Assembly: GCA_900321185.1 (NCBI GenBank)
Contig: ONVD01000017.1
Location: 1,681-25,680 of the forward strand
Length of the DNA stretch: 24,000 nucleotides
Direction of reading: 5' to 3'
DNA from: an uncultured Eubacteriales bacterium
GTDB taxonomy: Bacteria; Bacillota; Clostridia; Christensenellales; UBA1242
Part shown: positions 8,839-16,498 of the stretch, in pieces
How positions within the stretch are numbered: position 1 is the stretch's first letter
Layout of the letters: every line of letters starts with the position of its first letter
Made by a program: the position numbers and the translations under genes
The notes under the pieces: generated by a model
What the model was told of the DNA's origin: nothing
Databases searched by the model: none
Seen by the model: only the letters and a program-made list of their open reading frames with translations

Positions 8839-10018
8839 CAATTTAATTAGTGTATCTCAGTTTAATAAATACGTGCATGATATCTTTTTGGCAGAGGAAA
8901 TTTTACAAAACGTTGAGATTTATGGTGAAGTATCTGGTATCAAAATATCTAATGCAAATGCTTATTTTAGCATAAAAGATGATGATGCGTTGCTATCTTG
9001 TGTAAAATTTGGTGTCAGTGCGTCAGATTATGTACCTAAAGAAGGCGAAATGGTGATAGTACGTGGTTCGCCAAATTATTATGTAAAGGGTGGCAGATTT
9101 AGTTTTAATGTATCCAAAATAAGCCCTTATGGACAAGGTTTACTCTATCAACAATTTATAGAGATGAAGAACAGACTAGAAAAAATGGGATATTTTGATA
9201 CAGCACGCAAAAAGCCTTTACCACAAGTGATTCGTCGTGTAGGTGTTGTTTCTAGTGATACAGGGGCAGTCATTCACGATATTATGGATATTACCCGTAG
9301 ACGTAATAGAATGCTGGATATTGTGTTATATCCTGCTAAAGTCCAAGGTATAGGAGCAGAAGATACTATAGTTGCGGGTATACGTGCTTTAGATAAATCT
9401 AACATAGATGTGATAATAGTAGCACGCGGCGGTGGTTCATTGGAGGATTTGAGTCCATTTAATACCGAAAAAGTTGCCACTGCGATTTTTGAAGCAAAAA
9501 AACCAATTATTAGTGCGGTTGGACACGAAACAGATTTTACTATAGCAGATTTTGTCGCGGACGTGCGTGCCCCAACGCCAAGTGCGGCGGCAGAACTTGT
9601 AAGTAGCGATATAGCATCGGTAACTTCGCAGTTATCGACATATGTACAGCGTTTACAAAGACTAACTGGCGATTGGTTAACTAATGCGTACAATTTGGTA
9701 GATGACGGCTTTAATGATATGCAAAGTTTAGTTTTGGGCTTAGTATCCAAACAGGCACAAAATGTCCAAAGTTGTGCCACAAAATTTTCGAGGTTGTCGC
9801 TATCCAAGTTTAATGAGATAAGTAACAATTTTGACAAGCTTACTGTTCGTTTGGAAGCGCACAATCCTATACAAATATTACGCAATGGTTATGCATATGT
9901 AATGCACAAGGACAAAACATTGACAGACGCAAAAAACGTAAATATCGGTGATGATGTAACGGTATCCCTTCACAAAGGTAAATTATATTGTGAAGTAAAA
10001 TCTAAAGTAGAGGAGTAA
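8831..10018 (+). CDS. xseA: Exodeoxyribonuclease VII large subunit
   Basis: 395 aa with an N-terminal OB-fold region and motifs GVVSSDTGAVIHDI, ARGGGSLEDL and GHETDFTIADFVAD. Confidence 0.93.
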   Translation: MNNNLISVSQFNKYVHDIFLAEEILQNVEIYGEVSGIKISNANAYFSIKDDDALLSCVKFGVSASDYVPKEGEMVIVRGSPNYYVKGGRFSFNVSKISPYGQGLLYQQFIEMKNRLEKMGYFDTARKKPLPQVIRRVGVVSSDTGAVIHDIMDITRRRNRMLDIVLYPAKVQGIGAEDTIVAGIRALDKSNIDVIIVARGGGSLEDLSPFNTEKVATAIFEAKKPIISAVGHETDFTIADFVADVRAPTPSAAAELVSSDIASVTSQLSTYVQRLQRLTGDWLTNAYNLVDDGFNDMQSLVLGLVSKQAQNVQSCATKFSRLSLSKFNEISNNFDKLTVRLEAHNPIQILRNGYAYVMHKDKTLTDAKNVNIGDDVTVSLHKGKLYCEVKSKVEE

Positions 10019-10022
10019 TATT

Positions 10023-10229
10023 ATGACTTTTGAAGAACAAGTTAAAAGACTAGGTGAGATTGTAGAGCAACTTGAAAATGGTCAACCTACACTTGATGAA
10101 CTAAATAAATTGTTTGCTGAAGGTGTTGAATTAACTAAAAATTGTTATAAAGCACTCAACGAAACAAAGGGCAAAGTGACAGTTTTGCAAGAAGAGATTA
10201 ACGGATTAGTTGAAAAGCCTTTTAACTAA
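10023..10229 (+). CDS. xseB: Exodeoxyribonuclease VII small subunit
   Basis: A 68-aa helical protein (FEEQVKRLGEIVEQLENG...L) immediately after xseA. Confidence 0.9.
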   Translation: MTFEEQVKRLGEIVEQLENGQPTLDELNKLFAEGVELTKNCYKALNETKGKVTVLQEEINGLVEKPFN

Positions 10230-10270
10230 AATTGAGTGCTTTTATGACGATTTTATGAATATAATATAAT

Positions 10271-10891
10271 GTGAATAAAGAAAACAAAAATGATAACCAA
10301 ATAACAGAATTAGATAGGACAATACAAGCACTAAAAGTAAAGAAAAAAGTTCCATTTAAAAAAATGCGTTTGTGGTACTTTGAGGTATTCGTTTTATCTT
10401 TGTTATTATGTGCTTTTTTTGGAGTTATCTCCGAACTCATGCTTTCGCATACAAATATATTTTTGGCAGTGGTTCTGATATTATGTTTGGTCGCTGTCAG
10501 TGTTTTATTTGATATGATTGGCGTGGCGGTTACCGCGAGTGACATAAAACCATTTTTATCTAAAGCATATAATAATGACAAAAGTGTTGCGTTGGCTGTA
10601 GAGTTAATCAAGAATGCGGACCGAGTGAATTCTATTTGTGCTGATGTTGTTGGGGATGTGTGTAGCATACTTAGTGGCGCTAGTGGAGCGACTATATGTG
10701 TGATAATTATCACCAATAATCCTGGTATTAGTAGTTTTGTGGTTTCTATTATACTTAGTAGTTTGATAGCCAGTATTAATGTATTAGGTAAGGCTTTAGG
10801 CAAAACATATGCTATGACAAACTCACATAGTATCGTGCTAAAAGTTAGCAAAATCTTAGGTTTTTTCGTTAGGAAGAAAGTTAAAAAATAA
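10271..10891 (+). CDS. Small integral membrane protein: 4 predicted TM helices, K-rich termini, DxxxD motif; function unknown
   Basis: 206 aa from a GTG start with no clear SD. It shows alternating hydrophobic helices with positively charged cytoplasmic ends. It is co-directional with the flanking operon. The fully overlapping antisense ORF 10222-10902 is judged a shadow. DVVGD lies at aa 125-129 (nt 10643-10657). Confidence 0.55.
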   Translation: MNKENKNDNQITELDRTIQALKVKKKVPFKKMRLWYFEVFVLSLLLCAFFGVISELMLSHTNIFLAVVLILCLVAVSVLFDMIGVAVTASDIKPFLSKAYNNDKSVALAVELIKNADRVNSICADVVGDVCSILSGASGATICVIIITNNPGISSFVVSIILSSLIASINVLGKALGKTYAMTNSHSIVLKVSKILGFFVRKKVKK

Positions 10892-10920
10892 TTAAATTGC
10901 ATAAAAATTCAAAAAATTAA

Positions 10921-11020
10921 TGTATAATTAAACATTTGCCCTTTTTATGGTTTTTCCAAATGAATAATTATGCAAAAAAATTTTGTATAATTATTCATAA
11001 ATGACTTGCATAATTATAAA
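10921..11020 (+). promoter_or_regulatory. Array of ARG-box-like operators upstream of argR
   Basis: TGAATAATTATGCA (10961-10974), TGTATAATTATTCA (10984-10997) and TGCATAATTATAAA (11007-11020) each resemble the TGAAT-wwww-ATTCA ARG box and are spaced exactly 23 bp apart. A weaker copy, TGTATAATTAAACA, lies at 10921-10934. Confidence 0.5.
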
Positions 11021-11034
11021 TTTTGTTGTATACT
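11006..11034 (+). promoter_or_regulatory. Putative sigma-A promoter of argR
   Basis: TTGCAT (11006-11011), 17-bp spacer, TATACT (11029-11034). The -35 element overlaps the third ARG box. Confidence 0.45.
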
Positions 11035-11078
11035 TGTTTAAGTTATCTTGGTAACTAGTATACAATGGAGGAACCTAA

Positions 11079-11537
11079 ATGGCAAGAAATGTTAGGCAGT
11101 CAAAAATTATCAGTATCATTAGCAATGCCGAAATAGAAACCCAAGAAGAATTGGTGAATGCTCTACGGGCAGATGGTTTTGATGTAACACAAGCCACCAT
11201 CTCTAGAGACATTAAAGAATTGGGGCTTATTAAGATTGTTGGCAAAGTAAAAAAGTACAAATATGCTTTTATTGATACGGATGAAAAAGTTGGGACAAAT
11301 AAGGCTACGGGGTTATTTAAACAAGCGGTTCTATCTGTTAAAGCAGTCAACAATTTTATTGTATTAAAGACCGTCAAAGGTACGGCGCAAATGGTATCCT
11401 CATTTTTAGATAAACTGGCAATAGCGAATATGATGGGATGTGTGTTTGGTGAAGATACAGTAATGGCCATCTTTGAGGACGCTACAAACCTAGATTCTGT
11501 TGTGTATAGAATTAATGAAGTATTGACTGGTAGTTAA
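11079..11537 (+). CDS. argR: Arginine repressor ArgR/AhrC
   Basis: 152 aa with the N-terminal winged-helix motif QEELVNALRADGFDVTQATISRDIKEL and a C-terminal oligomerisation/arginine-binding domain (GTIAGDDT-like: GCVFGEDTVM). GGAGGAA RBS. Confidence 0.9.
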   Translation: MARNVRQSKIISIISNAEIETQEELVNALRADGFDVTQATISRDIKELGLIKIVGKVKKYKYAFIDTDEKVGTNKATGLFKQAVLSVKAVNNFIVLKTVKGTAQMVSSFLDKLAIANMMGCVFGEDTVMAIFEDATNLDSVVYRINEVLTGS

Positions 11538-11633
11538 TACTTTTTTATTATACTCAAAGGCTTGACTTTTGACCTACTATAATATAAAATTTTATGTGTA
11601 TGTTTACACAATTTTATTATGAGGAGCAATACA

Positions 11634-13235
11634 ATGGTAGACTTTAATATTATTGGATTGCTTGGCGTTAGTATAGAAGTGCTTCCTCTCGTTTTGATTA
11701 TATTGTTATGCATTATTGTAGGAGCGGGAGTTGGCATACTGATATATAGAATGATTGTCATCAAGAAAGTGAACAAAGCTAGGATGACAGCAAATAATAT
11801 AATAGAAGAGGCAAATCGAAATGCCAAGTCAATCCAAAAAGAAGCGATGTTAAGCGCTCAAGAAGAGGTGCTTAAACTCAAAAATGACACGGAGGCCGAA
11901 TTAAAGGTTAGACGTGCCGAAATGGATAAAATGAATGATAGATTTTTACAGCGCGAAGAATTTATCAACAGAAAAGAACAATCTTTGGAAAAACGTAGTG
12001 ATAATCTAGATGAGTTTAAGCAATCTCTAGATGAGAGAGATAAAAACTTAAAACGTAAAACAGAAGAGATTGAGCAAAAACAAAAAGATATAATACACGA
12101 ATTAGAAAAAGTAGCTAATATGTCGCAAAAAGACGCAAAAGCACAATTAATAACACAAGTTACAGATGAAGCAAAACTCGAAGCGACGACGACATTAAAA
12201 GCTATTGAACAACAAACCAAAGATGATGCAAAAAAAATAGCAACAGATATTATTACTCAAGCAATACAACAATACTCAGCAGATGTGACAAGTGAGTCAA
12301 CTGTATCAACTGTAACATTGCCAAATGATGATATGAAAGGTCGACTCATTGGTCGAGAAGGTCGCAATATCAAAGCCATAGAAAATGCTACTGGTGTGGA
12401 CCTAATCATAGATGATACTCCAGAGGCAATTGTGCTGTCATGTTTTGACCCTATTCGCAGAGAAGTGGCAAGAATAGCAATTCAAAAATTAATGCAAGAC
12501 GGACGTATTCACCCCGCACGTATTGAGGAAACTGTTAAAAAAGTCGAAAAAGATATTGAGCAAGAAATAAAAGAAGCTGGCGAAAACACAGTAATGGAGT
12601 TGGGCATAAATAATCTACATCCCGAACTTATCAAAACCTTGGGTCGTCTAAAATATCGTACAAGCTATGGGCAAAACGTTTTAAAACACAGTGAGGAAGT
12701 TGCAAGTATAGCCAGTAAAATGGCTGTAGAATTAGGGCTTGATGAACAAGTTGCAAAACGCGGTGGTTTGTTGCATGACATTGGTAAAGCTTTGGATTTT
12801 CAGCAAGAAGGAACTCATGTATCTATAGGGGTAGAACTTGCTAAAAAATACAAAGAGAACGAAAAAGTTGTTAACTGTATTGAGGCACATCATGGAGACG
12901 TTGAGTTTCGTTGCCCTGAAGCTGTTTTGGTACAAGCGGCGGATGTTATATCTAGTGCAAGACCTGGTGCAAGACGTGAATCATTAGACAATTATGTAAA
13001 ACGTCTAGAAAAAATTGAATCCATTTGTAATAGCTTTAAGGGAGTGGAAAAGTCTTACGCAATTCAAGCTGGACGCGAAGTACGTATTATTGTTCGTCCT
13101 GAACAAATAACAGATGCTCAATCACTAGTTTTAGCACACGACATTGCACAAAAAATTCAAAATGAAATGGAGTATCCTGGTCAAATCAAAGTCAATGTCA
13201 TTAGAGAATATCGTGCAACAGATTATGCAAAATAA
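11634..13235 (+). CDS. rny: Ribonuclease Y
   Basis: About 533 aa from the ATG at 11634, after a GAGGAG RBS. The domain order is N-terminal TM helix, long coiled-coil, KH domain (GRLIGREGRNI), then HD domain (LLHDIGKA ... HHGD). Confidence 0.93.
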   Translation: MVDFNIIGLLGVSIEVLPLVLIILLCIIVGAGVGILIYRMIVIKKVNKARMTANNIIEEANRNAKSIQKEAMLSAQEEVLKLKNDTEAELKVRRAEMDKMNDRFLQREEFINRKEQSLEKRSDNLDEFKQSLDERDKNLKRKTEEIEQKQKDIIHELEKVANMSQKDAKAQLITQVTDEAKLEATTTLKAIEQQTKDDAKKIATDIITQAIQQYSADVTSESTVSTVTLPNDDMKGRLIGREGRNIKAIENATGVDLIIDDTPEAIVLSCFDPIRREVARIAIQKLMQDGRIHPARIEETVKKVEKDIEQEIKEAGENTVMELGINNLHPELIKTLGRLKYRTSYGQNVLKHSEEVASIASKMAVELGLDEQVAKRGGLLHDIGKALDFQQEGTHVSIGVELAKKYKENEKVVNCIEAHHGDVEFRCPEAVLVQAADVISSARPGARRESLDNYVKRLEKIESICNSFKGVEKSYAIQAGREVRIIVRPEQITDAQSLVLAHDIAQKIQNEMEYPGQIKVNVIREYRATDYAK

Positions 13236-13370
13236 ACAAAAAACTCAAAATTAAAATACTAATCGAATTGATGTTATTTGTGAATATCTTAAATTTTTTC
13301 ATTTTTAATGTTTTAAAAATATATTAACAAATAATGTTACTTTTTAATAATTTTAGAATATACTATAATT

Positions 13371-13465
13371 GATGTGGGCGAGGCTTTTACCGTGTTAAAG
13401 CTGATGACCACCGCATCCTTGACCGTTTAAGTCTTGAACTCATGTAGTATGTTATGCATACTAGC
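13371..13465 (+). ncRNA. Candidate structured RNA segment (rny 3'UTR element or small independent RNA); family not recognised
   Basis: Compatible stems: GATGTGG (13371-13377) with CCGCATC (13411-13417); GCTTT (13383-13387) with AAAGC (13397-13401); TAGTATG (13445-13451) with CATACTA (13457-13463). A TATAAT lies at 13364-13369. The segment is followed directly by a strong terminator. I found no convincing ORF or RBS. Confidence 0.3.
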
Positions 13466-13500
13466 AGATGACTACAAATTGTAGTCATCTTTATTTTTTT
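13466..13500 (+). terminator. Strong rho-independent terminator (first one downstream of rny)
   Basis: A perfect 11-bp stem, AGATGACTACA-AAT-TGTAGTCATCT, followed by TTATTTTTTTATT. Confidence 0.8.
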
Positions 13501-13701
13501 ATTGCCTTTTTGCTCTGGCATTTTATAGTGGAAAGCGCTGTTCTGTTGATTTGCTTTTTACAAAGTAATCATTTTTAGAGGCACTACGCACCTTTATTAT
13601 TTATGTGTACGTATAGGTTGATGTTTCATCGCTTAATATTGATGTATAATTTGTATTTATAAGGAGAATTGATAAAATTATACGGAGATTTTCTTTTTAG
13701 A

Positions 13702-13725
13702 TTTTGACACCATTTTTGACACCAT
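13702..13725. repeat. Perfect 12-bp tandem direct repeat (TTTTGACACCAT x2)
   Basis: Read directly from the sequence: ttttgacaccat ttttgacaccat, followed by tttt. Confidence 0.85.
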
Positions 13726-13740
13726 TTTTAGGTAAAAAAC

Positions 13741-13777
13741 AATAAAAAAGAGGTTTTTAGGAAAAACCTAAAACCTC
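13741..13777 (-). terminator. Rho-independent terminator of tRNA-Trp
   Basis: On the minus strand: GAGGTTTTAGG-TTTTT-CCTAAAAACCTC followed by TTTTTTATT. It lies about 30 nt downstream of the tRNA 3' end. Confidence 0.65.
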
Positions 13778-13805
13778 GAAAAGCCCTATTTTGTAGGCAT
13801 TTTGA

Positions 13806-13879
13806 TGGCAGGGGAGCAGAGAATCGAACTCTGACCAATGGTTTTGGAGACCACTACTCTACCGTTAAGCCACTCCCCT
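13806..13879 (-). tRNA. trnW: tRNA-Trp (anticodon CCA), with encoded 3' CCA
   Basis: The 74-nt reverse complement folds as a cloverleaf. Acceptor stem AGGGGAG/CTCCCCT; D-arm GCTT-AACGGTA-GAGT; anticodon stem GTGGT/ACCAT with loop CTCCAAA; T-arm CAGAG-TTCGATT-CTCTG; discriminator G plus CCA. Confidence 0.92.
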
Positions 13880-13901
13880 AAGTAATAAATATAACATATA
13901 T

Positions 13902-13930
13902 ATTATATAAAAAAAACTGATTTAAGTCAA
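13902..13930 (-). promoter_or_regulatory. Putative sigma-A promoter of tRNA-Trp
   Basis: On the minus strand: TTGACT, 17-bp spacer, TATAAT, ending about 22 nt upstream of the tRNA 5' end. Confidence 0.55.
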
Positions 13931-13948
13931 TAGAATAGACTAAAATGT

Positions 13949-13976
13949 TTGCAAATTTTAACACTTTTGATATAAT
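13949..13976 (+). promoter_or_regulatory. Putative extended -10 promoter of rnhA
   Basis: TTGCAA (13949-13954), 16-bp spacer, TGATATAAT (TGnTATAAT, 13968-13976). Confidence 0.5.
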
Positions 13977-13996
13977 TGTACTCTAAGGAGTTGGTT

Positions 13997-14464
13997 ATGA
14001 AAAACGTTATTATATACACTGATGGTGCCTGTAGTTTTAATCCAGGCCCTGGAGGGTGGGGTGCTGTTTTAATGTATGGTGACAAACAAAAACAAATTTC
14101 AGGTTTTAAAGAAAATACAACTAACAATCAAATGGAGATGACAGCAGTGATTAATGCATTAAACCTCTTAAAAGAGCCTTGCGTTGTAGATTTGTATAGT
14201 GATAGTGCATATGTAGTAAATGCGTTTTTACAAAACTGGGTAGAGGATTGGCAAAAACATAATTGGCGTACCAGCGGTAAAAAAGAAGTTAAAAATATAC
14301 CATTATGGAAAGAGTTGTTAGCATTGTGTAACATCCACAAAATCACTTGGCATAAGGTAAAGGGACATGCAGACAATGAATATAATAATCTATGTGACAA
14401 ATTAGCGCGTGGGGAAGTGGATAAATACCTAGCGACACATCCCCAAAACTCACAAATTGACTAA
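13997..14464 (+). CDS. rnhA: Ribonuclease HI
   Basis: 155 aa from the ATG at 13997, after an AAGGAG RBS. Motifs are IYTDGAC..NPGPGGWG, NNQMEMTA, LYSDSAYV and HKVKGHADNEYNNLCDKLA, giving the RNase H DEDD pattern. Confidence 0.9.
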   Translation: MKNVIIYTDGACSFNPGPGGWGAVLMYGDKQKQISGFKENTTNNQMEMTAVINALNLLKEPCVVDLYSDSAYVVNAFLQNWVEDWQKHNWRTSGKKEVKNIPLWKELLALCNIHKITWHKVKGHADNEYNNLCDKLARGEVDKYLATHPQNSQID

Positions 14465-14590
14465 AAGGTTTAATTACTATTAACATTAAACTCTAATACT
14501 TTAATGTCTCTAGATATTAAGTTTGATATTTAAATTATATTACATGCTACAAGTAACTATTTACTTTTTTTAAATACAATGTTATTAAAT

Positions 14591-14627
14591 AAAAAATCAC
14601 TAGATAGCTAGTAATTTTTTTATTGTC
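14591..14627. terminator. Probable bidirectional terminator between the convergent rnhA and ABC permease genes
   Basis: AAAAAATCACTAG-ATAG-CTAGTAATTTTTTT has a short GC-poor stem flanked by A- and T-runs. It overlaps the permease stop codon. Confidence 0.45.
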
Positions 14628-16467
14628 TAATATCTCGATTTTTAAATGTCAGATGAGTTACTAACTCTAGTAGCACAATAACAATAAGAGTATAAAGTGC
14701 ACTATAGACTAAATTTGTGTTGTGCATAAGTGGTACTGATAAAGATGGTGTAAATAGTGATGTTTGGTCGATAAATGTTCCACCAAAGTATCTGAACAAA
14801 TCAAAATTACCTACAGGTAAAAATCCTATCCACATAGTGTTGCCAAACATAAAGTTTAAGGTCATTGCACATACATATATTCCTAAAGACAAGGCAATAG
14901 CAGTATTATGATGTCTAAATATAGTAGAAACAGCAACAGCAATTAATGTAAACACATAAATTTGCAATATGAGCAAGGCAATATATATAAGCATATACCA
15001 AATAGGTGACATTTGTATTACCCAAGTAGCATCTAATGTAAACACAATCGGGGTTAAATCTACACCAAACAAAATACTTCCACCAGCAAACATCAATACG
15101 GCACATAATAACAACCATAAAGTACCAAATAACAATGTTGCTAAAATTTTGGAGGAAATAATCTTGTTACGACTAAAAGGTTTCGAAACAAGTCCTGCTA
15201 AAGTACCATTAGTTTGTTCGCCAGCAATCATACCAGCACCATATATCAGGACAAAAATAATTATGACTATGCTACAAATTTGTAGACCATAAAAAGTAAA
15301 GTCAAAAGCTGAGATGTCATTTCCAGAAGACATTATGGTGGAGAGTGCATTACTATAATCTGTTAAAGATAGTTTAGAAGGATTAGTTAACAAGTGCTCA
15401 TTGATAATGAGTTGTTCTCTGATTTTATAAAGATACAAACTATCGTCTTGTGTCTTACTTTTGTCTACAAGGGCGTTCTGCAAAAGCTCAGAATAATTGT
15501 TAACCAAATTATTAATCGCAATGTCATTACTGCTAGAGAACAAAAGAGACATTATCTTATTGTTAACGTATGCTTGTATTTCAGCACCAATAATATGATA
15601 TTTGCTTGCTTGTTCTTTGGCTTCTTGAGGTGTGAAATTAGGATTTGTGACATCTCTTTGGAGTTGTTCATTTAATGAAGATAAGTAAGTTGTTGCACCA
15701 TTGACAACTTTTTGCATATCTTTTAAATCATCATCCGAAATCTTGTCCACTGCGTCTTGCATTTTGTTTATATATCTCTCAAGACTATTTAATTCTTTTT
15801 GATTTTCAAAGTGTCTGATTATATTAAAATATGTTGTATAACTTGTTGCTTCGCCAAGTACCATAAGAGTGCCATTTTCGTCCTTAGGTTGGAGGATAGT
15901 AAGTATATCAGTTAACAAAGCATTAAATTTTGTATTGTCATCTGAGGTCACCAAAACAATGGGAATGGAATAATTTAGGATTGTATCGTACGTGGTTTGT
16001 AATGATGTTACATAACCAATAAGGTCTTTGATATACTGTGCACTTATCTTGGCGGATGTTGTATCAAAATTAGATATTCCTACCGAAATAGTTGATTTTA
16101 ATTGGTTGTATGTATTTTGAATATGTGCTACCAAGGTTTTTAAGTCTGTGACACTCTTGATTGTAGAGGTTTGTGAAGATTTTAAAATTTGATAAAAAGC
16201 TATTTTTTGTTCTGCTTCTGTAATTAATTTGTCTGTATTGTACTTGCCATAACTCTCACTAGTAGTATTAAACTCAGTTACGACCGCTTGATTAGTTGTC
16301 AATGAACTTTTATTATAAAAATTTAGTTTTTGCTCTCTATCAGGGGTTTGGAATGATAAAAACGAAAATAGAATAGCAACAAATAATAAAGCCATAAACA
16401 AATAAGTGATTGGGCGGAGCAAGATTTTATACAATTCGCTATTTATCAAACGTGACAATTTTGTCAT
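14620..16467 (-). CDS. ABC-2-type transporter permease with a large extracytoplasmic domain
   Basis: About 615 aa from the ATG at 16467, with a GAGGAG RBS inside the alternative upstream ATG at 16485. It has one N-terminal TM, about 380 aa of polar helical region and then 5 C-terminal TM helices. It lies immediately downstream of the ABC ATPase gene. Confidence 0.75.
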   Translation of the reverse strand: MTKLSRLINSELYKILLRPITYLFMALLFVAILFSFLSFQTPDREQKLNFYNKSSLTTNQAVVTEFNTTSESYGKYNTDKLITEAEQKIAFYQILKSSQTSTIKSVTDLKTLVAHIQNTYNQLKSTISVGISNFDTTSAKISAQYIKDLIGYVTSLQTTYDTILNYSIPIVLVTSDDNTKFNALLTDILTILQPKDENGTLMVLGEATSYTTYFNIIRHFENQKELNSLERYINKMQDAVDKISDDDLKDMQKVVNGATTYLSSLNEQLQRDVTNPNFTPQEAKEQASKYHIIGAEIQAYVNNKIMSLLFSSSNDIAINNLVNNYSELLQNALVDKSKTQDDSLYLYKIREQLIINEHLLTNPSKLSLTDYSNALSTIMSSGNDISAFDFTFYGLQICSIVIIIFVLIYGAGMIAGEQTNGTLAGLVSKPFSRNKIISSKILATLLFGTLWLLLCAVLMFAGGSILFGVDLTPIVFTLDATWVIQMSPIWYMLIYIALLILQIYVFTLIAVAVSTIFRHHNTAIALSLGIYVCAMTLNFMFGNTMWIGFLPVGNFDLFRYFGGTFIDQTSLFTPSLSVPLMHNTNLVYSALYTLIVIVLLELVTHLTFKNRDIRQ

Positions 16468-16498
16468 TGTAACTTTTCTCCTCATTTTTTACAACATA

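Noticed and set aside
9274-9885. 203-aa minus-strand ORF inside xseA, and similar antisense ORFs (544-810, 1158-1361, 1747-2001, 2691-2915, 3278-3520, 4674-4907, 5140-5322, 7087-7290, 7596-7859, 11075-11470, 11534-11827, 11858-12220, 12732-12935, 14128-14400, 14717-15675 set, 16719-17444 set, 17453-17863, 18231-18422, 19121-20240 set, 22366-23038 set, 23621-23803)
   Set aside because: Each is embedded in, or opposite to, a CDS with clear family motifs. They lack an RBS and have odd composition, rich in Ser, Cys, Leu and Phe. They are typical shadow ORFs.
10222-10902. 226-aa minus-strand ORF fully overlapping the plus-strand 206-aa membrane-protein ORF
   Set aside because: It runs opposite to the surrounding operon and has no RBS. 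Its sequence is low-complexity and hydrophobic without an ordered helix/loop pattern. It looks like the antisense shadow of an AT-rich membrane-protein gene. I am not fully certain which strand codes; see the finding for this region.
13371-13417. Resemblance to a fluoride (crcB) riboswitch: a stem followed by GCTGATGACCAC
   Set aside because: Only the stem-UGAUG-3'strand arrangement is similar. The 5' GGCGAUG pseudoknot segment and the CCGCC/AAAC linker are absent. No crcB or other plus-strand gene lies downstream. A match to ZTP, ykkC, yybP or c-di-GMP motifs was also not supportable from memory.
13702-13725. Tandem repeats considered as a CRISPR array or a minisatellite
   Set aside because: There are only two 12-bp units, with no spacers. 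No CRISPR-like repeat-spacer architecture exists anywhere in the window.
13236-13805. Possibility that the roughly 570-nt ORF-free stretch is an OLE-like large ncRNA
   Set aside because: Beyond 13500 the region is very AT-rich with little stem potential. It contains an internal strong terminator. I cannot reproduce the OLE consensus from memory, so the idea is left as a cmsearch suggestion only.
13927-14127. 66-aa minus-strand ORF spanning the rnhA start
   Set aside because: It overlaps the well-supported rnhA N-terminus and both promoters, and has no RBS. It is a shadow ORF.
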